Positions 16,428 to 26,556 of a stretch of 32,000 nucleotides of DNA are shown one piece after another. Numbering within the stretch: position 1 is the stretch's first letter; each line of letters opens with the position of its first letter. The stretch covers positions 60,001-92,000 of the forward strand of contig NC_010632.1 in NCBI RefSeq assembly GCF_000020025.1, read 5' to 3'. A program made the translations under genes and the position numbers. The notes below the pieces were generated by a model that did no database searches, was not told the DNA's origin, and was given only the letters and a program-made list of their open reading frames with translations. Origin of the DNA: Nostoc punctiforme PCC 73102. GTDB taxonomy: Bacteria; Cyanobacteriota; Cyanobacteriia; Cyanobacteriales; Nostocaceae.

Positions 16428-18356
16428 TTAATTTTCGGCATTTCTACATACTCGAATTTGTGGAATCAGAACAAACCAATTGTCCGAAATTTCTCCTGTT
16501 ATATCATCTCTCTTAGTATGATGATATAGATATCGGACTGTTACTTCACCAAGCTGGAACTGAAACTGTCCAGGGAAAATACCTTTATGCTTAAGAAGCT
16601 GTGTTCCTCTCTTTGATAGACAACCAATTTCATCATTATTGGGTGTGAAAATCCTCCAAGCATTATTATGGTTATTTGCTCTTAACTCAAGAACATCACC
16701 CTCACATAAGTTTTTAATAATATTTTGTCTATTTTTAGTACTTTCATATCCCAAATAAACATTAGCTGGAGCTAAATCAAAGTAACGCATTAACTGAGGA
16801 AGTTGAGTTTCACTATAACCAATAACCTCTGAAGTTAAACAAGCTTGCTGTACAAATAAATTCTGCTGAGTAGAACAAACAATTAATTCTTCTTTGGCGC
16901 GAGTCATAGCAACATAAAAGAGTCGTCGTTCTGATTCGATCTCATTACAATTAGTTTTAAATCCATCACCTAAAAGTATGACTTTACGGAACTCCAGACC
17001 TTTTGAACCATGACAGCTAGTCACTAAAACTGAGTTATCTTCTAAGAAGGATTCACCATTTTCATTAAACTCAAATATAGCAGTCAATATTTCATCAACA
17101 CTAATAGGTAGTACAATATCTTCAGATCCATAGCCTCGTTCTTTATCTAAATCTCTAGCAATATTTATTAAGATTTTAACAGTAGGTTCTGTTAAGATAC
17201 GAGCAGTACGTTCAAAAAACGCCTCAAATCTTTTCTAAACTAATTCTTCAGGATTTAAAACTAGACTATAGTCTTTCTGTAAAGCATTAATTAGTAGACG
17301 AGTACAACGGTTTTTTAGTAGTGGGATAGTATTATTTTTCAGTGCATAAGTAGATATACTTTCTTTTTCTAAAAGCAAGCGGATAGGACTCAAATCATCC
17401 CAACGACTAGCTAAAATAGCGATTTCATGAGGAGCAATCCCTACGTTGACCCAAGATTGAATTTTGTCTTTAATCCATCCTGCTTGTTGTGATAAATTAT
17501 TGAACTTCAAAGCGGAGACTGCCTCTCCTCTTAATTCTTGGCGTTCGGAGTTAATACGAACTTGCTCTTCTGGAGCCTGTTTACAGCGTATTAAGTTATT
17601 TTGTATAAGACAATTAGCAGTTTCAATAATATTTTCTGTAGAGCGGTAATTTTCGTTAAGTAATAATCGTTTTGCTTTATATTCTTCTTGGAATTGAAGG
17701 ATATATCTAGTATCAGCACCTTTAAACGTAAAAACATTTTGATCATCATCTCCAATAACACAGAGATTAATTTGTACTGACTGTGTTTTATCCTCAGATT
17801 GATTTAAGCCAGAAATTGACTTAATTAAACGATATTCTTTCTCAGTGACATCTTGGTATTCATCAACAAAGATATATTCTAATTTTCCTAATAATTGAAT
17901 TCGCCGTGCCTGAGTATCTTCATCTACATCTTCAAATTCTTCGCCTTTTTCAATTAATTCGCAAGCTTCAACCAAAAGCCGATCAAAATTTATTGTCTGA
18001 GTTCCTCTGTATTCACCTACCGTCCGTCCCAAAAGTGATAAGGCTAAACCGTGGAAAGTAAAGACCCGAATTCGTGATGCTTGTTCGCCAATCAAATTAC
18101 GCAACCGCAACCGTAATTCTCTAACTGCATTACGGTTGTAAGCTAAAACAAGAATACGCTTCGGCTCAACTCGCTTAACCTTTACAAGATAAGCAATCCG
18201 GTGAACAATAGTTCTTGTTTTACCAGAACCAGGGCCTGCTATCACTGCCATTGTTGGGTCTGAAGCTAAAACAATTTGTTTTTGAGCAGGGTTAAGCGGT
18301 TCTAGAATACGGTTATAGTCTTCTGGAAGAATCGGTCTGGTAATCTCTTGTGCCAA
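16428..18356 (-). pseudogene. UvrD/Rep-type superfamily 1 helicase with a non-helicase C-terminal tail, interrupted by one in-frame TAG
   Basis: Motifs in order: AGPGSGKTRT, IFVDEYQD, VIGDDDQNVFTFKGA, NYRSTENI, then after the stop SCHGSKGLEFRKVILL and FYVAMTRAKEEL. ORFs 17235..18356 and 16428..17087 share a frame. The only stop in 643 codons is TAG at 17235-17237, and the 49 codons between the two ORFs are open. Confidence 0.85.
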
Positions 18357-18380
18357 AAATTGGTACTTTGAAACGAATTC

Positions 18381-21300
18381 TTATTGATTTGTGCCAAAGT
18401 AATCACGAACAAATTGCTGACGCTGTTCATCTGACTTTAACTGACCATACTTCACCATGTAATGAGTGCGACGAGTTTGTTCATCATAGTGAGCTTCAAC
18501 TTCAGGGTAACGGCGTTTTACTCTGGAAACACTTGCGTTTTTTATTACACGGACTTTCAGCGACTGTTGAAAAAGATTAAGCCCATCACTTAATCGAATG
18601 ATTTTTCTCTGGTGGAGCCACAAAAGAATAACTTCTAACTCTTCATTATCCCAATCAAGTTGAGTTTTTTGAGTAACTTCTTTTGAGAGTTTTCCTAATT
18701 CGTACTTGAGAGGCAACCTTGCCCCAGTTTTATCTTCTAAAGCTTGGTATAAAACTTCTAATACAGTTGTCGTTAAAGTTTTATGCCCAGGTAAGTATTC
18801 TGCAACTTTTATATCTTGTAATCGAACCACGTCACGAGCAATACGCTTTAACTTGACCCATTTTTGAGTAGCCCATCCTTCTAAAATATCTAGAATACTG
18901 GATGCTTTAATTTTTTTACTGTTATCTGGGTCAAGTCGTGAAGCAAGCCCACGCAGATTTATCTGTATTTCATTTTCATCACCAAACAACTTACTAAGTT
19001 CTTTGAGCAATTGGTCTTCTAACTGGCGAATGCGTTGATGGTTATTGCGGGCATCTCCTTTTACACCCTTAGTAATTACAAGTGTGATTGGTATTTCAAA
19101 AGAACATATTTCAGCCCTTTGCAATTCTCGAATTCTAGCAGTCAGGTCATGTAAACTAATGCCAGCTTCATCGCTGAGACGATCTAGGGGAAACGGTTCA
19201 TCATTGCTACTACAATAAGCTTTAGCAACGTGCATTGCCTGAATCAGCCGCTCAAAGTTATCCGCCTCAAACCGAGATAAACTCTTAATCTGGTTATATT
19301 TCTCAAACTGCTCCATAGACTCTGCAAAAGTATTATGGCTCAATTCAAATTGGATAAAGCTGGAAAAGTTCTCGGCTCTTTCTAATAAACCGAAGTTTTC
19401 TAAGTAATGCAAACCTACTTTTATTTTAGTGTTTTGCTGTTCTGAATCTTCCCCAAACTCTTCATCAAAGTCGCCCTCTTGAAAGATTTCATTAGTTGTA
19501 ACCCAAAACCAATCATCTCTGGCACTCCCAAAAGTGCGATCGCGAATATGTCTGGTTGAGATCAAGACATTTTTCAAATCTTGTTCGCTCAATTGGTTCA
19601 AGCTTTGCAAACGAAAAACTGTATCAGCATCTTTTGGGTCAAAGAGTAAAGTACAAACTGCTGGCTCTCCATCACGCCCTGCCCGTCCAGCTTCTTGAAC
19701 ATAACCTTCTAAATTGGCACTCATAGAATGATGAATAACTGCTCGTACATCCTTGCGGTTAATGCCCATACCAAATGCACAAGTTGCAGTAACTACGTTC
19801 AATTTACCTGATTTGAATTCTTGCAAAACTTCCTGTTTCTTTTCTTTGGCAAGTTTCCCATGATAGTATTTAGCTTTAATATGAATTTGGTTGAGAAGTT
19901 CTGCCAGTTTTTCGGCATTCTTGCGTGTAGTAGTATAAACTAGCGTGCTACCCCCTAGCTTAACAGCTTCTTTAACTTGCTCCAGTAAGACTTGCTCTTT
20001 ATTGCCTGCTACTGGAATGACCTGAAAAGTCAGATTTTCTCTGGTTGTTGCCCCATCAATTGTACGATTAATATTTAACTTATATTGAGCAAATAGCTTT
20101 TTAATATCTTCAACAACTTTAACTGTTGCTGTTGCTGTCATCAAAGCTAACAAAGGCATTGCAAGCTGCCGTTCTTGATATAATTCCCGAACAAATTTCG
20201 GTATGTAGCGATAATCTGGTCGAAAATCGTGACCCCATTGGCTGACACAGTGAGCCTCATCAATTACCCAAAGGACGGGAGGACGCTGTTCTAGCAATGC
20301 CCGAATACTCATTGACCGCAGTTGCTCAGGACTGATATACAACAAACCTTTGGAACCAAAACGCAGTTCTTCGAGCCGTTGGCGGCGTTCTGCTGCCGAA
20401 AGATTACCATTAATAAAAGTGGAAAAGAAAAACCCAGCTTGCTCTAAATCTGCTACCTGATCCGCCATTAATGCTTGTAGCGGTGAAATTACAACAGTCA
20501 GCGCTTTGTGCCTTTCGTGGAACATGAAAGCTGGTAATTGATAGCATAAAGATTTACCACCGCCAGTAGGCATGAGAACAAGCGGACGCTCATTATTAAT
20601 AATTGCTTGTACAGCTTCTTCTTGTAAAGAGCGAAAATTAGGGATACCGAAATATTCTAAATAGGAGTTAACCGCAAATTCATCTGTATTTAAAGGGCGT
20701 AAACTCTCAAGTACTGTTTGAAATTCATTTAAATGTTTGAGCCAGTTAGAGAAAGCCTGCTTTGATTCATTGGCATTGCAGTCATAGTTCCAAGCTAGTA
20801 ATCCCGCTACGCATAATCTTGTATCGAAATCATAAGTTTGTGGACTAGACCATATTTGCTGCAAATAGGATTTATTCATCCCTTTCAGCATTGTCTCTGG
20901 CAACATTTCTATAGCAGGTTGTTCAATTTTCCAGTTAAGAATCTCACTGAAAAACTGTTGATATGCACAATCTGCATCTTCGCTACCACAAGTAAGTAGC
21001 CAAGTATATACCTGTTGTACTTCATTAGGCTTTTTAGCTATTGCTTCTAATTGTTGACGGAGCAGTAATCGAGTTGCCTGAGCATCTTCTACAGGATTAT
21101 TACTTGAATACTCACTTTGTTTATAGTCTTTATTTAGTTTGTGTGACTCCTGTAAAGGAAAAGCTAGTATTGACAGTTCTAAAGTATCGATTATGTACCA
21201 AGAAGAGAGTTCCGGCTCTTGCTCAATCAAATAAGGGTAATCAAAGCGGCGGAAGTTATGACCGCATACTGCTACTTTATTATTCTTCAGCTTTCTAATT

Positions 21301-21482
21301 TCTTCGTAAGCTTGGTTTAAAGATTCTTCCAAAAAATCCTTTGTTAAATTAGGGGATACTAATCCTATACGAAATATCTGATTTTCATTGTTAACTTCTA
21401 AATCTAAATAAGTATAAAATAATTCAATAATAGATAAGTCTTCCATATAACCCTTAATAGAATTGCCCAACCGCAATTTCAT
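18381..21482 (-). CDS. RecQ-family helicase with an N-terminal DEDD-type exonuclease-like domain and a long uncharacterised C-terminal region
   Basis: 1033 aa. Exo-like motifs: LDLEV, CGHNFRRFDYPYL, VEDAQATRLL. RecQ core: LMPTGGGKSLCYQLP, VIDEAHCVSQWGHDFRPDY, MTATAT, AFGMGINRKDVRAVIHH, QEAGRAGRDG. The stop lies 24 nt upstream of the UvrD-like start. Confidence 0.85.
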   Translation of the reverse strand: MKLRLGNSIKGYMEDLSIIELFYTYLDLEVNNENQIFRIGLVSPNLTKDFLEESLNQAYEEIRKLKNNKVAVCGHNFRRFDYPYLIEQEPELSSWYIIDTLELSILAFPLQESHKLNKDYKQSEYSSNNPVEDAQATRLLLRQQLEAIAKKPNEVQQVYTWLLTCGSEDADCAYQQFFSEILNWKIEQPAIEMLPETMLKGMNKSYLQQIWSSPQTYDFDTRLCVAGLLAWNYDCNANESKQAFSNWLKHLNEFQTVLESLRPLNTDEFAVNSYLEYFGIPNFRSLQEEAVQAIINNERPLVLMPTGGGKSLCYQLPAFMFHERHKALTVVISPLQALMADQVADLEQAGFFFSTFINGNLSAAERRQRLEELRFGSKGLLYISPEQLRSMSIRALLEQRPPVLWVIDEAHCVSQWGHDFRPDYRYIPKFVRELYQERQLAMPLLALMTATATVKVVEDIKKLFAQYKLNINRTIDGATTRENLTFQVIPVAGNKEQVLLEQVKEAVKLGGSTLVYTTTRKNAEKLAELLNQIHIKAKYYHGKLAKEKKQEVLQEFKSGKLNVVTATCAFGMGINRKDVRAVIHHSMSANLEGYVQEAGRAGRDGEPAVCTLLFDPKDADTVFRLQSLNQLSEQDLKNVLISTRHIRDRTFGSARDDWFWVTTNEIFQEGDFDEEFGEDSEQQNTKIKVGLHYLENFGLLERAENFSSFIQFELSHNTFAESMEQFEKYNQIKSLSRFEADNFERLIQAMHVAKAYCSSNDEPFPLDRLSDEAGISLHDLTARIRELQRAEICSFEIPITLVITKGVKGDARNNHQRIRQLEDQLLKELSKLFGDENEIQINLRGLASRLDPDNSKKIKASSILDILEGWATQKWVKLKRIARDVVRLQDIKVAEYLPGHKTLTTTVLEVLYQALEDKTGARLPLKYELGKLSKEVTQKTQLDWDNEELEVILLWLHQRKIIRLSDGLNLFQQSLKVRVIKNASVSRVKRRYPEVEAHYDEQTRRTHYMVKYGQLKSDEQRQQFVRDYFGTNQ

Positions 21483-21764
21483 TTATCAGAAATTGTTAAT
21501 TTAACGTACCCTAACTTTTTCAGAAGATTTTAACAGTAAGCATTGATTTATCAATAAAATAGTACAAAATTACTATTAATTAACTCACGAATGCGTTGTT
21601 ACTCCTGTTACGTAACCGCGCAACTTGTAACGTTCGGCTGACGAATTAGAGCTAATGTTTTCACAAAGTCTTGTTTTAATTTTTCCCTCAGCAGAGGCTT
21701 TTCTAACGGCTTACTGAGATAGCGAATTTTGGTACAAGATTTTACACCAATACGGCTGATGTCA

Positions 21765-21773
21765 GTCCAATAG
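21765..21773. repeat. 9-bp target-site duplication GTCCAATAG (left copy)
   Basis: Identical 9-mer at 23415-23423. Each copy abuts an IS terminal IR. Confidence 0.85.
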
Positions 21774-21882
21774 CAGCAATTCTCATCATGAGAATGATTA
21801 TAACTATCATTAGCATCTATGCAAAATTTTCAGTTAAAGGTATGGTTTTTGTATCTCAATACTCGCGAACGCAGGAGCTTTT

Positions 21883-23190
21883 TTGAATCAGCCAGGAATT
21901 TTTGACGAAATAGTACAATACTTTCAGTCAATCCTGAAAGATTTACCTGATAAGCGAACAGGCAAAAACAAACGCTATCAAATGAGTGATGCAGCATTAA
22001 GCGCATTCTCCATATTTTTTACTCAGAGTCCTTCTTTTCTTGCCCATCAAAGGTCAATGGCACATAGTAAGGGACATAATAATGCTCAAAGCTTGTTTGG
22101 GGTACACCAAATTCCAAGCGATAACCATATCCGAGATTTACTTGATGAGATAGAACCAACCGTTGTGTTTCCGGTGTTTACCAAGATTTTCAAAGCATTA
22201 GAGAATGGTAAACACTTATCAAAATTTCGTTCTTTTAAAAATAATTTGCTGATAGCTCTAGATGGAACAGAATATTTTTGCTCCAATGAAATTCACTGTG
22301 AACACTGTTCGAGCAGAACTTTTAAAAACGGAACAACTCAGTATTTTCATACTGTGGTGACACCAGTAATTGTTTGTCCTAGTAATTCTCAAGTAATCCC
22401 GTTAATACCAGAGTTTGTTGTCCCTCAAGACGGATATCAAAAGCAGGATTGTGAGAATGCGGCAGCAAAACGTTGGATTCAGAAATATGCCAAACAGTAC
22501 GCATCTCTTGGTATTACCATTTTAGGAGATGATCTTTATTGCCATCAACCTTTATGTGAATTATTACTACAAGAAAAACTAAATTTCATTCTAGTGTGTC
22601 GGTCTAAATCCCATAAAACACTTTATGAATGGTTAGAAGGAATGCCCCTTGATACATTTAGTGTCAAACATTGGAAGGGCAAAGTCTATGAGATTTATAC
22701 CTACCGTTATGTCAACCAAATTCCTTTACGGAATAGCGAGGATGCTTTATTAGTAAACTGGTGTGAATTGGCCATTACTCGCTCTGATGGGACTATAATC
22801 TACAAAAATACCTTTGCGACAAATCATCGAATCACAGATATTAATGTTGAGGCGATTGTGTCAGATGGTCGCAGCAGATGGAAAATAGAAAACGAAAATA
22901 ATAACACTCTTAAAACCAAAGGTTACAACTTAGAACATAATTTCGGACATGGGAAAACGCATTTATCCTCCCTATTAGCAACCTTTAATATCCTTGCATT
23001 TCTGTTTCATACTCTACTTGACATTATAGATGAGAAATACCAATTTATCCGCCAGCATTTACCAACACGCAAGACCTTCTTTGATGATTTACGCGCCTTA
23101 ACTCGTTATCTTTATTTTGATAGTTGGGAAAGTCTGCTTAACTTTATGATCCACGGACTGGAATTAGAATTTCATCCCAACACAAGCTGA
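21883..23190 (+). CDS. DDE transposase (IS4/ISNCY-like)
   Basis: 435 aa. LIALDGTEYF, ILGDDLYCHQP and GRSRWKIENENNNTLK fit a D-D-E triad with the R..E..K signature. Non-ATG (TTG) start; there is no in-frame ATG upstream of the N-terminal region that I recall as conserved in homologues. Confidence 0.8.
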   Translation: MNQPGIFDEIVQYFQSILKDLPDKRTGKNKRYQMSDAALSAFSIFFTQSPSFLAHQRSMAHSKGHNNAQSLFGVHQIPSDNHIRDLLDEIEPTVVFPVFTKIFKALENGKHLSKFRSFKNNLLIALDGTEYFCSNEIHCEHCSSRTFKNGTTQYFHTVVTPVIVCPSNSQVIPLIPEFVVPQDGYQKQDCENAAAKRWIQKYAKQYASLGITILGDDLYCHQPLCELLLQEKLNFILVCRSKSHKTLYEWLEGMPLDTFSVKHWKGKVYEIYTYRYVNQIPLRNSEDALLVNWCELAITRSDGTIIYKNTFATNHRITDINVEAIVSDGRSRWKIENENNNTLKTKGYNLEHNFGHGKTHLSSLLATFNILAFLFHTLLDIIDEKYQFIRQHLPTRKTFFDDLRALTRYLYFDSWESLLNFMIHGLELEFHPNTS

Positions 23191-23228
23191 AAATTCATCT
23201 TACTTTTTGAGAATACTTACAACTCCGT

Positions 23229-23265
23229 GTAATACATGGAATTAGCTTGAATTGCCATGTATTAC
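23229..23265. repeat. 11-bp perfect stem-loop inside the IS, downstream of the transposase
   Basis: GTAATACATGG (23229-23239) pairs with CCATGTATTAC (23255-23265) across a 15-nt loop. Confidence 0.8.
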
Positions 23266-23414
23266 TTGGTAGTTCATTGTGTCTAAAAATCTGTTTGAAG
23301 TAGCCACTCCTAGTTCAAATTTATCATTCAGCAGAATTCTCAACGTCTCCCAGGCTTCATCGGTTAGTTTCGCTCTTAACATATTGATAACCATTCTCAT
23401 AATGAGAATTGCTG

Positions 23415-23423
23415 GTCCAATAG
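23415..23423. repeat. 9-bp target-site duplication GTCCAATAG (right copy)
   Basis: Identical to 21765-21773. Confidence 0.85.
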
Positions 23424-23691
23424 TTAATCTCAGGGGCTTTCAATCAGCTTTAGAGGTTTGAGCCTGGCTGCGATCGCAGAAATTATCACTTGCTCTTGGT
23501 CAAAAGCAGAAATTTTATAAAAAGTGAGTGACTTCCGTAATCTTACTACTTACATTGTACTTAAGCTTACTTTAAAACAGAAAAGACTTGTGAGCATACT
23601 ACTTGCTTGCTCATAAGTATTAATTCAGTAATTACTACTATTTTTACTAATTAATCTGCTGCCAAATTTTCAATACTAATATAGGCTAACA

Positions 23692-26532
23692 ATGGCGCAA
23701 ACTGTGAACCATTCACCCGGTTCCATAGTCACCTGTCGCAGTCGGCAATGGGTGATACTACCTTCAGAAAATCAAGATGTTATTCGTCTACGACCGCTTT
23801 CAGGCAATGAAGATGAAATTGCTGGTATCTACCAAAAGCTTTTAGAAGAAGAGCTAGAGAAGATTGAATCAGCTACATTTCCTCTACCTCAAGCTACTAG
23901 CGTACAAGACCATGCAGCCGCACTTTTGCTCATGGATGCTGCACGTCTTCTACTCCGTAGCGGGGCGGGGCCTTTTCGCTGTTTAGGACGATTGTCACTG
24001 CGTCCCCGTCCTTACCAGTTAGTTCCTTTGTTGATGGCACTGAAGCTAGAGACGGTAAAACTGCTTGTAGCTGATGACGTGGGTATTGGTAAGACCATCG
24101 AAGCTGGATTAATAGCTCGTGAATTGCTAGACCGAGGTGAAGTTAAGCGAATTGCAGTACTGTGTCCACCACACTTATGCGATCAATGGCAGCAGGAATT
24201 ACGTGAAAAGTTTCATATTGATGCCGTGGTTGTGCGTTCTGGCACTGCTTCTAAGTTAGAGCGGAATATACCAAATAATGACAGTGTTTTTAGTTATTAT
24301 CGCCACCTGATTGTGAGCTTAGACTATGCCAAAGCAGAACGTCGTCGCGCCAGCTTTATAACTCACTGTCCTGACTTAGTAATTGTGGATGAAGCACATA
24401 CTTGCGCTCGTCCAAATAAAACTACTACATCCCAGCAGCAGCGACACCAGCTGATTACAGAAATTGCTCAAAAACAAGAACAACATTTACTGTTACTTAC
24501 AGCTACTCCTCACAGTGGGATTGAAGAATCTTTTCTCTCACTTTTAGGTTTGCTGAAGCCGGAGTTTGAGCATTTCAATCTCAATAGCTTAACTGACAAA
24601 CAACGTGACCACTTAGCCAATCATTTCGTTCAGCGCAGACGAGCAGATGTCAAGCTTTGGCTAGGGAATGAAACTCCTTTTCCTGAACGAGAGTCAAGCG
24701 AGGAATCATATAAGTTATCAAAAGAGTACAAAGAACTATTTGATGAAGTCTATGATTTTGCCCGTGGTCTAGTGAAAACGACTACGGCTGATATGAGTCA
24801 TGCTCAACGTCGGGGAAGATACTGGTCGGCTTTGGCTTTGATTCGTTGTGTCATGTCTTCACCTGCGGCTGCGATCGCTACATTAAATCGCCAAGTTAGT
24901 AAATCAGGTGGCTCATTGACTGATTTGGATGAAGACTTGATGAGTTCTTATGTCCACGATCCTACAGAACAGGAACAAGCCGTTGACGCATCGCCAACTG
25001 TAGTAATAGAGCAGGGGCAGCAAAGTTATAAAGACGCAGATAAACGTAAGTTAAAAGCTTTTGTGCAATCAGCAGAGAAGTTACAAGGTGGCAAAGACCA
25101 AAAACTGCAATCGTGCATCGCTACAGTAGAATCTTTGCTCAAAGACGAGATGAACCCTATTGTCTGGTGTCGCTATATTGCTACTGCAAATTATGTAGCT
25201 GATGCTCTCAGGCAAAAGTTACAGAAGAAAGGTAGCCAAATTCGGGTAATTGCCATTACTGGAGAACTTTCAGAGGATGAGCGTGAAATTCGCCTAGAAG
25301 AGTTAAAATCTTATCCCCAACGAGTGCTAGTTGCTACAGATTGTTTAAGTGAAGGGGTAAACCTGCAAACGCACTTCAGTGCAGTAATTCACTATGATTT
25401 ACCCTGGAATCCTAATCGGTTAGAACAACGCGAAGGACGTATCGACCGCTACGGACAAACAGCAACTAAGGTAAAAGCCTGCTTGCTTTATGGTCGAGAT
25501 AATCCTGTTGATGGTGCAGTTCTCGATGTTCTGATTCGCAAAGCTGTGCAGATTCACAAGTCTTTAGGGATTACAGTTCCCGTACCAATGGAAAGCACTA
25601 CTGTAGCAGAAGCAGTATTTAAATCACTGTTTGAAAGGACTACAGAAGTTATCCAGTTATCACTGTTTGATTTTCAGGAAGAATCTGCGGTTGATAAAGT
25701 ACATAAGAATTGGGACAACGCAGTAGAACGCGAAAAAACTAATCGTACCCGTTTTGCTCAACGTGCCATTAAGCCAGAGCAAGTAGAACAAGAACTCATC
25801 GACTCTGACCAGATTTTAGGGAATGAACAGGATGTAGAGCGATTTGTCATCTCTGCTTGCGATCGCATTTCTTGTTATTTGATCAAGAAAAAGCAGGGAT
25901 GGTTATTACCGCAGCCACCAGATTTCCTCAAGTCAACGTTAGGCGATAAGTCTCGTTTACTTACATTTACTACCCCAGCACCAGAAGGTGTGGAATATGT
26001 AGGGCGAAATCACCCTTTAGTAGAAGGTTTAGCGCAATACATTTTAGAAGATGCACTTTCTCTGGCGGTTGAACCAATCGCAGCAAGATGTGGGTTCACT
26101 ACGACTAATGCTGTTCAAAAGCGCACGACTTTGCTGTTAGTACGGTTACGGCATTTGCTAGACAGTTCTAGGCGTACTACAGAGACAAAAAATACTACAT
26201 TACTAGCAGAAGAATGTGCAGTTATCGGGTTTACTGGTTCACCTTCTAGCCCTAATTGGTTGCCGCAGTTAGAAGCAACTAGAGTATTACAAGAAGCAAA
26301 GCCAGTCAGCGATGCTGGTAAAGCTATCAAGCAGGGAGAAATTGCTGAATTACTTCCCAGACTAGAAGAACTACAGCCAGATTTAGAAAAGTTTGCAGGC
26401 CAAAGAGCAGAAGAATTATTACAAAGCCATAAGCGGGTGAGGGACATCACCAAAGAAGGTCGAATCCGCGTTACTCCGCAATTGCCGATGGATGTTCTCG
26501 GTGTTTTTATTCTCCAACCCGGACGCAAGTAA
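23692..26532 (+). CDS. drmD: SNF2-family helicase, DISARM class 1 DrmD-like
   Basis: 946 aa: LRPRPYQL, ADDVGIGKTIEAG, VIVDEAHTCA, LLTATP, ATDCLSEGVNLQ, DLPWNPNRLEQREGRIDRYGQ. Immediately followed by the large MTase and a DELH helicase. Confidence 0.8.
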   Translation: MAQTVNHSPGSIVTCRSRQWVILPSENQDVIRLRPLSGNEDEIAGIYQKLLEEELEKIESATFPLPQATSVQDHAAALLLMDAARLLLRSGAGPFRCLGRLSLRPRPYQLVPLLMALKLETVKLLVADDVGIGKTIEAGLIARELLDRGEVKRIAVLCPPHLCDQWQQELREKFHIDAVVVRSGTASKLERNIPNNDSVFSYYRHLIVSLDYAKAERRRASFITHCPDLVIVDEAHTCARPNKTTTSQQQRHQLITEIAQKQEQHLLLLTATPHSGIEESFLSLLGLLKPEFEHFNLNSLTDKQRDHLANHFVQRRRADVKLWLGNETPFPERESSEESYKLSKEYKELFDEVYDFARGLVKTTTADMSHAQRRGRYWSALALIRCVMSSPAAAIATLNRQVSKSGGSLTDLDEDLMSSYVHDPTEQEQAVDASPTVVIEQGQQSYKDADKRKLKAFVQSAEKLQGGKDQKLQSCIATVESLLKDEMNPIVWCRYIATANYVADALRQKLQKKGSQIRVIAITGELSEDEREIRLEELKSYPQRVLVATDCLSEGVNLQTHFSAVIHYDLPWNPNRLEQREGRIDRYGQTATKVKACLLYGRDNPVDGAVLDVLIRKAVQIHKSLGITVPVPMESTTVAEAVFKSLFERTTEVIQLSLFDFQEESAVDKVHKNWDNAVEREKTNRTRFAQRAIKPEQVEQELIDSDQILGNEQDVERFVISACDRISCYLIKKKQGWLLPQPPDFLKSTLGDKSRLLTFTTPAPEGVEYVGRNHPLVEGLAQYILEDALSLAVEPIAARCGFTTTNAVQKRTTLLLVRLRHLLDSSRRTTETKNTTLLAEECAVIGFTGSPSSPNWLPQLEATRVLQEAKPVSDAGKAIKQGEIAELLPRLEELQPDLEKFAGQRAEELLQSHKRVRDITKEGRIRVTPQLPMDVLGVFILQPGRK

Positions 26533-26556
26533 TTTTTTATTTTTAATTATCTAGAT

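Larger units (their letters stand above)
21774..23414. mobile_element. insertion sequence (1,641 bp), IS4/ISNCY-like DDE transposase
   Basis: Terminal IRs at 21774-21807 and 23381-23414: CAGCAATTCTCAT(C/T)ATGAGAATG..., 30 of 34 positions matching. 9-bp direct duplication. One 435-aa transposase ORF. Confidence 0.85.

Noticed and set aside
23242-23400. 52-aa minus-strand ORF starting inside the IS right IR (MRMVINMLRAKLTDEAWETLRILLND...), faintly like the DUF4096 HTH N-terminus of IS5-type transposases
   Set aside because: It is too short and the similarity rests on one LTDE.WE..LL segment. It could be a remnant or chance, and this needs a profile search. The track ORF 23279..23461 (+) crossing the IS end is also rejected.
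23424-23691. Promoter (-35/-10) call upstream of drmD
   Set aside because: Several AT-rich hexamers could be forced to fit, but none has convincing TTGACA-17-TATAAT geometry. I am not reporting a promoter without transcript data.
26115-26528. 137-aa ORF on the minus strand
   Set aside because: It lies entirely antisense within the 3' end of drmD, which has strong helicase and C-terminal continuity. It is a low-complexity Ser/Cys-rich translation typical of a shadow ORF.
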